Part shown: positions 14,590 through 21,182 of the stretch, one piece after another | How positions within the stretch are numbered: position 1 is the first letter of the stretch | Layout of the letters: each line of letters begins with the position of its first letter | From: Candidatus Woesearchaeota archaeon | GTDB taxonomy: Archaea; Nanobdellota; Nanobdellia; UBA10117; ARS21 | DNA length: 27,015 bases | Direction of reading: 5' to 3' | Assembly (NCBI GenBank): GCA_964649785.1 | Contig: CAZYQG010000001.1 | Location: 1 to 27,015, forward strand | Made by a program: the position numbers and the translations under genes | Notes under the pieces: generated by a model | Seen by the model: only the letters and a program-made list of their open reading frames with translations | What the model was told of the DNA's origin: nothing | Databases searched by the model: none

Positions 14590-14884
14590 AGAAGACGGGG
14601 CTAACCTTGTGAATCACTTAAAGTTAAGTTTCAACTCTCGCGAGTGAAGCTATAAAGAGTGATAAGGGCAATAAGGGCAACTGTTAGTAGCTTGAGACGA
14701 CGATTGGGGAAAATAGGCCGCGATATGCGAACCCTTTTCGATTCGTTTGATCCCTCACTAGCATCTCTTAATGTCAGAAGAGGCTATTGACCGAGCTGTT
14801 TGAGCTGAAGAGTTCATTAAGAATTCATTCAGGAGGGCAACACTTTGGCCGTGGACCTTTTCCTCATGGGCCTATACGTCTTCT
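14590..14884 (+). ncRNA. Candidate ~295-nt structured non-coding RNA, class unassigned
   Basis: No ORF >=60 aa. Ends pair (AGAAGACG 14590-14597 / CGTCTTCT 14877-14884). Long helix 14706-14722 with 14850-14865, plus several hairpins. G-U pairs mostly favour the + strand. TATA upstream and T6 runs downstream. Confidence 0.6.
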
Positions 14885-14887
14885 AAA

Positions 14888-14893
14888 TTTTTT
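14888..14893 (+). terminator. Oligo-T tract (archaeal intrinsic terminator candidate) after the ncRNA
   Basis: T6 starts 4 nt after the 3' closing strand; a second T6 is at 14905-14910. Confidence 0.4.
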
Positions 14894-14937
14894 AGTTTCG
14901 AGCGTTTTTTAAGTTTTAATACTAAGAACATAGTCCC

Positions 14938-15183
14938 ATGTTAAGCGCATATGTATTAATAAAAACTCAAGCAGGTCAAGAGAAAGATGTTCTTGAGACT
15001 TTGAATTCTGACGACAGTATTGTAGATGTAAGTATTGTTTACGGTCAATATGATTTGATTGCAAAAGTTTTCTTGAATGATATGACTGATTTGCCAACAT
15101 TTATCATGGAAACAATTAGACCAATTAAGGGGATTACAGAAACTTCTACTTTGCTCGCAGCTTACGACCCTTCGAGTGCTTAA
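14938..15183 (+). CDS. Stand-alone Lrp/AsnC ligand-binding (RAM) domain protein, no HTH
   Basis: AYVLIKT..G.E..V, VYGQYDLIAKV, IRPIKGITETSTL. Confidence 0.9.
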   Translation: MLSAYVLIKTQAGQEKDVLETLNSDDSIVDVSIVYGQYDLIAKVFLNDMTDLPTFIMETIRPIKGITETSTLLAAYDPSSA

Positions 15184-15715
15184 TGACTACATTTTTCATT
15201 AAGTAAGAATTTGGAATCATCATTGTGTTTTTGCTATCCATTGCAATATATGTGTCAAGCAAATCTATCTTTGTAACTTTTCCATCAAAATCTTTGAATT
15301 TTATGAAGTCGCCTTTCTTTATTTTTTTAGTCCCAATCAAATAAAGTCCTGCGAAAATATTTGGCATGAAATCTCTTAGAGCCAAAGTGAACGAAATTAA
15401 CAAAATTCCACCAAATATTATTAAGATGAAATTCATAATTGAAATTGCAACTCCGATTTGGATTAATGCTGCAACTACTGCAATACCAATAATTGAATAT
15501 TTTACAAAATTTTCTGCAAGCTTTTGAGGTTTGGTCTTAATCCCCAAGGCCTTTCTCAAATTCCCATTTAAGTTTGCCTTTTTTATTGCCTTACTTGTCA
15601 ATTTTCCAAGAATTCTTCCTAACAAAACTCCCGTTACAATTATCAAAAGTGCTGAACCGAAAGTTGCTAGAATATAGAGTGAAACGTTGTATATCAACGT
15701 AAGTATTTCATTCAT
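15146..15715 (-). CDS. Small-conductance mechanosensitive channel (MscS family), short form
   Basis: TM helices, then LALRDFMPNIFAGLYL, KKGDFIKF...GKVTKIDLLDT and IPNS. Confidence 0.85.
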   Translation of the reverse strand: MNEILTLIYNVSLYILATFGSALLIIVTGVLLGRILGKLTSKAIKKANLNGNLRKALGIKTKPQKLAENFVKYSIIGIAVVAALIQIGVAISIMNFILIIFGGILLISFTLALRDFMPNIFAGLYLIGTKKIKKGDFIKFKDFDGKVTKIDLLDTYIAMDSKNTMMIPNSYLMKNVVIKHSKGRKLRAK

Positions 15716-15802
15716 TGCTCGTTAAGTCCAATTTTTGGCAATTTAAAGGTTTTGTTTCTGTCAAATAGCTAAGCTATTAAATCACGGTTTTCAGAATTAA
15801 AT

Positions 15803-16690
15803 ATGCCAATGAATGTTGGGTTTGAGTATGTTAATGCTGAACAAGAATACAACGAAGCTAAAACAACTGCTGAAAAAGTTAAGGCTTTGAAAAAGATGTT
15901 GTCAATGATTCCTAAACACAAAGGAACTGAAAAGCAACAGGCTCAAATTAAGAAGCAGATCAAGAAACTCCAAGAACAGGCAGAGTTTGAAAAGAAACAA
16001 GGAAAAGGCGCAAAATCTTTCACGATTAAGAAAGAAGGTGCTGGACAAGTTGCAATTTTTGGAAAGACAAATACGGGAAAATCAACTCTTTTGAAAATGC
16101 TTTCTGGAAAGAATGTAAAGATTGCTGAATACGAATATACAACGTCTGAACCAGTGCACAAAATGATTGCTTTTGAAAATGTCAAACTTCAAGGAATTGA
16201 AATTCCTGGAATCTACGAAGGATTTTATGACAGCAAAAATGGTCGTCAGTTTTTGAGCGTTGTTCGTAATGCTGATGTTGCAATTGTGCTTGCTGATAGT
16301 AAAGCAGATTTTGATATGATTTCTACTGAACTTGAAAAAGCAGGAATTATTTTAACCAAGACTAGAGAACGTCCAGAGGGTTTCGAAGTTAGAATTCCTT
16401 ATATCAAATTATCTAAGAATAAATTTTCAACAGAATTAATCCCAAAGCTTTGGAAAAAGATGAACAAGATTAGAGTTCAGACAAAGACTGACGGAAAGAT
16501 TGCTCCGAACCCAATTGTACTTCCAAAAGATTCAACAGTTGAAGATGTTGCAAGAATGATTCACCAAGATTTTGTTCGAAAGTTTAGGTATGCTAAAATC
16601 GAAGGACCAAGTGCTAAATTCAAAGGCCAGCAAGTTGGTCTTGAACACAAATGTAAGGATGGAGATATTGTTGAGGTTTTTGTAAAATGA
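15803..16690 (+). CDS. DRG/Obg-family GTPase with TGS domain, internally shortened
   Basis: PKHKGTEK, KKEGAGQV, G1 GKTNTGKST, G2 YEYTT, and TGS DVARMIHQDF...GQQVGLEH...DGDIVE. Confidence 0.88.
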   Translation: MPMNVGFEYVNAEQEYNEAKTTAEKVKALKKMLSMIPKHKGTEKQQAQIKKQIKKLQEQAEFEKKQGKGAKSFTIKKEGAGQVAIFGKTNTGKSTLLKMLSGKNVKIAEYEYTTSEPVHKMIAFENVKLQGIEIPGIYEGFYDSKNGRQFLSVVRNADVAIVLADSKADFDMISTELEKAGIILTKTRERPEGFEVRIPYIKLSKNKFSTELIPKLWKKMNKIRVQTKTDGKIAPNPIVLPKDSTVEDVARMIHQDFVRKFRYAKIEGPSAKFKGQQVGLEHKCKDGDIVEVFVK

Positions 16691-17070
16691 AAGCAAAAGG
16701 ATCGAATGCTGAAAGAGAACTTGTTGCTAAATTTTGGGGCGATGGATTTGCTTCAATTCGTGTTGCAGGTTCAGGTTCTTCGCGGTTTCCCTGTCCTGAT
16801 GTTTTAGCAAGCAACGGTCAACGAACTATTGCTGTTGAAGCAAAGGCCACTAAGAAAGAAGTTCAATATTTTAAAGAAAAGCAAATCACGGAGTTGATTG
16901 AATTTTCAAGAAAGTTTGGAGCTGAACCAATTCTTGCAGTTAAGTTTTCATCTCGCTGGGCATTTTTTGAATTATTCAAACTGAGACAAACTCCGAATGG
17001 AGATTATGCAGTTTCTAAAAAAGATGTTGTAGACTTGGGAATTAGTTTTGATGAACTAATTTCTGGATAA
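16687..17070 (+). CDS. hjc: Archaeal Holliday junction resolvase Hjc
   Basis: KGSNAEREL, RVAGSG, PDV and VEAK (PD-(D/E)xK). ATGA overlap with the GTPase. Confidence 0.95.
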   Translation: MKAKGSNAERELVAKFWGDGFASIRVAGSGSSRFPCPDVLASNGQRTIAVEAKATKKEVQYFKEKQITELIEFSRKFGAEPILAVKFSSRWAFFELFKLRQTPNGDYAVSKKDVVDLGISFDELISG

Positions 17071-17313
17071 AAAATCTGCGATTTCATTTGCAGTTTGTTC
17101 TTCACCTACAAAAAGCAGAGTCAGGATTAATATTAATGCAAAAAGAGTTGGAGATGCAATCAAGTATGTCCAAGATAGGTATGCGGTTCCCTGTACGGAT
17201 TGATAGAAAATATAAGTCATATAAGAAAATGCTGATAAAACTGAAACACCGAGAAGCATGATAATTAGATAAACAATTTTAGTGTTCTTCAGGACTGCTT
17301 CTTTTAGATTCAT
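17056..17313 (-). CDS. Hypothetical small membrane protein (2 TM)
   Basis: Two hydrophobic segments; ATGA-coupled to the AI-2E gene. Confidence 0.65.
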   Translation of the reverse strand: MNLKEAVLKNTKIVYLIIMLLGVSVLSAFSYMTYIFYQSVQGTAYLSWTYLIASPTLFALILILTLLFVGEEQTANEIADFLSRN

Positions 17314-18254
17314 ATTCTTCTCCCTAGATCTTTAAAGAATGCAGAGGCTATAGATAAGATTATTGGTCCAATAATTACTCCAATTAATCCCAGCATACTT
17401 AATCCTCCGAAGACCCCAATGAAAATTATTAGGGGATGGATGTTTGCCTTTCTTCCAAGAAGTAAAGGTCGAGCAGCATAATCAAGAATGCTTCCAAGTA
17501 CGAATCCATAAGCTAGTATCCCAATTCCTGCAGTCATGTTTCCGCTGAAAATTAGATATGCTCCGACTGGACCGTATAAGAAATATGGTCCGACAATTGG
17601 TAGCAATGAAAGCAGGCCAGCTACTGCTCCAGCAAGGAAAGGATACTCCAATCCAAAAATTAGAAATCCAACTCCCGCAAGTATTGCTTGAATTATTCCG
17701 ATTAGTAAAGTTACATGAACAAACGCATCAACATTTTGTCTTACATGATTAATGATTTGCATTTTCTTTCTTCTAGGAATTGGTAGCGTTGCTTCGAGCC
17801 AGTTTGTGAATCTTTCCCCGTCACGTAGAAAGTAGAATAACGAAATAAAGAAGATGAAACTTGCAATGAATAAACTAGGAATCTTTGAAACTAAATTGGA
17901 TAATCCAGTTATTATGTTTGTTGCAATAAAACTAATTATTTCTTGCATATTCGGACCTAATGAACTTGATACACCGGCAACTCCTAAATAAATTTTCCAA
18001 ACTTCATTTCTCATAAATGCCACACCGTAGTTCAAAATAACTAGTAGCAATGCTGTAAAGAATGCACAAATAAGAATACCTGAAAAATTTCCTCCAAATT
18101 TTTCCTTAAGTCTCAAGTAAGCAGGATATGAAAAGTATGCAAGAATTGCTGCGAAAAGTAGTGGCGTAACGAAATTCCATGCTACAAAAATAGCCAAGAC
18201 TCCAACAAAAAGAGTTAGGCCTAATTCAGCAAGCCTGTTATCACTAATACTCAT
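17310..18254 (-). CDS. AI-2E family transporter (UPF0118/PerM-like)
   Basis: PLLFAAILAY..YP, SLFYFLRDGE, LPIVGP and IHPLIIFIGVFGG...GLIG.IIGP. Confidence 0.92.
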   Translation of the reverse strand: MSISDNRLAELGLTLFVGVLAIFVAWNFVTPLLFAAILAYFSYPAYLRLKEKFGGNFSGILICAFFTALLLVILNYGVAFMRNEVWKIYLGVAGVSSSLGPNMQEIISFIATNIITGLSNLVSKIPSLFIASFIFFISLFYFLRDGERFTNWLEATLPIPRRKKMQIINHVRQNVDAFVHVTLLIGIIQAILAGVGFLIFGLEYPFLAGAVAGLLSLLPIVGPYFLYGPVGAYLIFSGNMTAGIGILAYGFVLGSILDYAARPLLLGRKANIHPLIIFIGVFGGLSMLGLIGVIIGPIILSIASAFFKDLGRRI

Positions 18255-18275
18255 GTTTTTATAGCGCTCTTAGAA

Positions 18276-18288
18276 TTTATATAATTTC
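18276..18288 (-). promoter_or_regulatory. BRE/TATA-like promoter of the AI-2E gene
   Basis: Minus strand GAAA-TTATATAAA at -30 to -22 from the ATG at 18254. Contains the TAA stop of the upstream HAD gene. Confidence 0.55.
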
Positions 18289-18915
18289 TGTTAGTTCTGA
18301 TAAATCCTTTACGATTATGTCCGGATATTCCTTTAGAAGGTCTTTGTAAGTTCTTGTTCCAACAATAGCAATGGCCATTACGTTATAGTTTTTTGCCATC
18401 TGGATATCTGTTTCAGTATCACCAACAACTGCTTTAATTTTTGAACCCAACGCCTTTTCTAATTTTTTTAGGGGCTCAGTACTTGGTTTACGATGCTTTA
18501 CATTATCCATTCCGACAATGGCCTTGAAAAATCTTGGATTAATTTCTAATTTTTGAAGAGTTTCTACAATTATTTTATGTTCGGCATTTGACGCGATTGC
18601 TAAAGTATATTTCTTGTTAAGCGCAGTCAAAGTTTTTACAATATTGGGTTTTGCTGTTGCCTTTGTTATGTCCAACAATTTGCTTTGATCTTCCGCGATT
18701 TTTTGAATTTTTCTTTGTCCAAGGGAAGGATAAATTTTATGAATAATTGTTTCTCGAAATTTTCCAAGATGTCTTTTTATCGTTCTTGCTGGAACTTTGT
18801 AAAGATTGTTTCTGGTAAAAGATTCATTATATGCATCAACGATTTCTTTAGCCGAATCGACGAGCGTCCCATCAAAGTCGAATACAATAATTTCCTTCTT
18901 TTGAAGTTTTACCAT
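18277..18915 (-). CDS. HAD-IA hydrolase (phosphoglycolate-phosphatase-like)
   Basis: FDFDGTLVDS, ASN, RKP and VGDTETDI. Confidence 0.9.
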   Translation of the reverse strand: MVKLQKKEIIVFDFDGTLVDSAKEIVDAYNESFTRNNLYKVPARTIKRHLGKFRETIIHKIYPSLGQRKIQKIAEDQSKLLDITKATAKPNIVKTLTALNKKYTLAIASNAEHKIIVETLQKLEINPRFFKAIVGMDNVKHRKPSTEPLKKLEKALGSKIKAVVGDTETDIQMAKNYNVMAIAIVGTRTYKDLLKEYPDIIVKDLSELTEII

Positions 18916-18917
18916 TT

Positions 18918-19970
18918 TTATGATTGAAACTTATATCTCAATTTAGCAATTATACCTTTCAGTCCATTTAACTTTTTGCCCGCTGGACTAGACGATGAAA
19001 TCAGATTTACAATTCCGCCACCACTTTCAACATGTTCGATTAATTCTTTGATTTCTTCAGAACCATCAAGTCTAGAATCTGAAATTAAAATTGATTCAAC
19101 TGCTCCGGCTTCTGCAGCAGCTTTTGTGTTTGAAATTCCATAAATTATCAATTCTGAATTCTTTGCAATCAATTGAAGTGCGTCATTTACTAAATCTTCT
19201 TCACGACTCAACTGACTATTTTTGATAATTTTATCAAGAGCATTTCCACTTATTAATTCTCTAATTCCATCTTCACCACCTGAAGATACATCTTCTAGTT
19301 TGACTTTTTTAGCAGTGTTCGGAAAGTCTTCTTCAAGTTGCTTTTTTACAATTTCCTTCCAAAACAATGGACTACCTAGAATTATTACTTCAACCTGTTT
19401 ATCATTAAATTTACTGTCAATTTCTCTGGCGACTCTTTGAATATCTTTATATCCTTGATTTTTTTGCTCCTCATATCTCTTTTTTGATAATCTCAGTGAA
19501 ATTCCGCCAAGTTTTGTGTATCCTGCGGCAGTGATGTGTGCAAAGTTTGCTTGTTCGTCATCCAGAACACAGACAAGTGCTTTTGGAGCCTTTGATGCTG
19601 CTTCAGCATCCTTTACCATCTGAATCTGATATTGTTTCCAATTCTGTTTTTCCACTTCAAGTTCAGTACTCATACTAACTTCAATGGAATGTGCAGAATG
19701 CATTGCAATTCCTTCAATTTCACTTTCTACCGTACCATGAATTCTTAGGAAGCGATCAAAGTCCAATTTTGTAACTTTTATTGCAATTCTAACACTTTTT
19801 TTTACAGATTTTTGACGGCTCGTAGCATCGCCCAATTTTATCTTTCTATAAGTCAACCCTCTGACGGTATCTCCTGGCTCAATGATTTGTTTAAGAAATA
19901 ATAGATCATCAAGACTATCGATTCTAAGGTTTAGGCGACTGTTTTTTAGGTCTAAGCGCTGGACTATCAT
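18918..19970 (-). CDS. pelA: mRNA surveillance protein Pelota (aDom34)
   Basis: DDLLFL..II.PGD, RIHG, HSIEV, eRF1-like domains 2 and 3 (AAEAGAVESILISD, L.GLKGIIAKLRY). Confidence 0.95.
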   Translation of the reverse strand: MIVQRLDLKNSRLNLRIDSLDDLLFLKQIIEPGDTVRGLTYRKIKLGDATSRQKSVKKSVRIAIKVTKLDFDRFLRIHGTVESEIEGIAMHSAHSIEVSMSTELEVEKQNWKQYQIQMVKDAEAASKAPKALVCVLDDEQANFAHITAAGYTKLGGISLRLSKKRYEEQKNQGYKDIQRVAREIDSKFNDKQVEVIILGSPLFWKEIVKKQLEEDFPNTAKKVKLEDVSSGGEDGIRELISGNALDKIIKNSQLSREEDLVNDALQLIAKNSELIIYGISNTKAAAEAGAVESILISDSRLDGSEEIKELIEHVESGGGIVNLISSSSPAGKKLNGLKGIIAKLRYKFQS

Positions 19971-19988
19971 ACGTTTTTGAACAAAAAC

Positions 19989-20000
19989 TATATATTAAAA
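19989..20000. promoter_or_regulatory. Shared bidirectional TATA element for pelA (-) and the surface-protein operon (+)
   Basis: TATATATTAAAA centred in the 47-bp gap between ATGs at 19970 and 20018. Confidence 0.55.
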
Positions 20001-20017
20001 GCTTGTTAGTCTTTATC

Positions 20018-21181
20018 ATGTCCATAGGCCGAAAAGGGAAGTCAGAAGTAAGTCCTACGGGTGCCGTAGTTTTACTAGTTTTACTGGCCGGATTTTTACT
20101 TTTTATCCTATCTCTACCTCAAGATTACCGAGATGCTACGCTGGATCGGATTGAGTCAGCTACACCAGACGTTTTATTTCAATTAACTCCAGGAGATGTA
20201 AAGACTACGACGGGTGCAAGTAGTACAACTCGTTATGATTTTGTAAATTTTAAACTAGACTCAGAAATGAGTTCAGTTGATTCGATTTTGTCAAGTAGTT
20301 TAAATTTAGAGTCTTCAGTACTCAACGACGATAGCGGAACTTATTCATTTATTCCTGAATGGGATGCTAATACTCTTGGAATTAGTCTAAATGCTTTTGT
20401 TCAAAGTTACGCAGGAAATGGGAAAATTGTTATTTTACTCAATGGTGCACAAATTTATTCCGGTACGCCTGTTGTCGGAAGTTCACTTAAAGTGAATTTA
20501 CCGTCTTCAGGAATGTTTCAAGGAACTAATAATTTGGAAGTTGTATTAGATAAACAGGGAGCTAATATATTTAGTTCTACTAAACTGGGATTGACTGGTG
20601 TTTTGTTGAGAACGGATTCAGTAGGTAAGGATTTATCAAGCATTTTTAATTTTGAAGTTGAAAGAGGAGAATTAGTTTCCGGTACTTATACGTCGATTAT
20701 TCAAAGGTCTGGAGCATCAGTACCACTAAATATTGAGTTAAATGGTGCATCGATTTATTCAGGAATTCCAGTTACAACTATTTTGACAGTTCCAATTTCA
20801 AAAGAATTACTTGTTCAAGGAACCAATAATTTAGCGTTTAGTATTGGAGAAGGTGTAGCATATGAAATTCTCTATTCAGATTTGATTGTTAAATCTCGGT
20901 CAGTTGAGGAATCCGTCAATGAATATTTCTTCAGAATTGAGAGAACTCCAGCTAAACGAATAATTAATGGTAGAGTTGATTGTCTTCTTGAGCTTATTAA
21001 AGGCAGTGGAACTGCTGATGAAGTTATTGTTGATTTGAATGGACGAGTAAGCACACATTCTGTCCGGGCTGGAGAAGTTTCATTTGATGTTTGTAATAGT
21101 CTAGTTTATGGAGGGAATACAATTTCTTTTGCTTCCGACGAGGAATTAAATCTAAGTTCGGCAAGTCTGATTTTGAGCTGA
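20018..21181 (+). CDS. Exported/membrane-anchored beta-rich protein of unknown function; start reassigned from TTG 20003 to ATG 20018
   Basis: Basic leader MSIGRKG, one hydrophobic helix, then a Ser/Thr/Gly/Asn-rich extracellular region with three similar '(I/V)xLNG ... GxNxL/I' units. Confidence 0.75.
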   Translation: MSIGRKGKSEVSPTGAVVLLVLLAGFLLFILSLPQDYRDATLDRIESATPDVLFQLTPGDVKTTTGASSTTRYDFVNFKLDSEMSSVDSILSSSLNLESSVLNDDSGTYSFIPEWDANTLGISLNAFVQSYAGNGKIVILLNGAQIYSGTPVVGSSLKVNLPSSGMFQGTNNLEVVLDKQGANIFSSTKLGLTGVLLRTDSVGKDLSSIFNFEVERGELVSGTYTSIIQRSGASVPLNIELNGASIYSGIPVTTILTVPISKELLVQGTNNLAFSIGEGVAYEILYSDLIVKSRSVEESVNEYFFRIERTPAKRIINGRVDCLLELIKGSGTADEVIVDLNGRVSTHSVRAGEVSFDVCNSLVYGGNTISFASDEELNLSSASLILS

Positions 21182-21182
21182 G

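Noticed and set aside
14662-14681. Tandem 9-mer ATAAGGGCA as a CRISPR or VNTR locus
   Set aside because: Only two adjacent copies, no spacers and no cas genes.
14590-14884. Assignment as canonical RNase P RNA, SRP RNA or tmRNA
   Set aside because: Minus-strand GAGGAAAAGGUCC resembles RNase P CR-I but has no P4 partner. No SRP helix-8 motif on either strand. The GGGGCU start resembles tmRNA, but there is no T-arm/CCA end. Left unassigned pending cmscan.
14585-14890. MITE with AGAAGACG terminal inverted repeats
   Set aside because: No target-site duplication, a single copy in the window, and extensive internal G-U-containing helices with promoter and terminator fit an RNA gene better.
17932-17945. 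Further partial matches to the repeat core (TAATTATTTC here; GAAATAATT near 25172)
   Set aside because: Only 9-10 AT-rich bases inside coding regions (EII codons); expected by chance.
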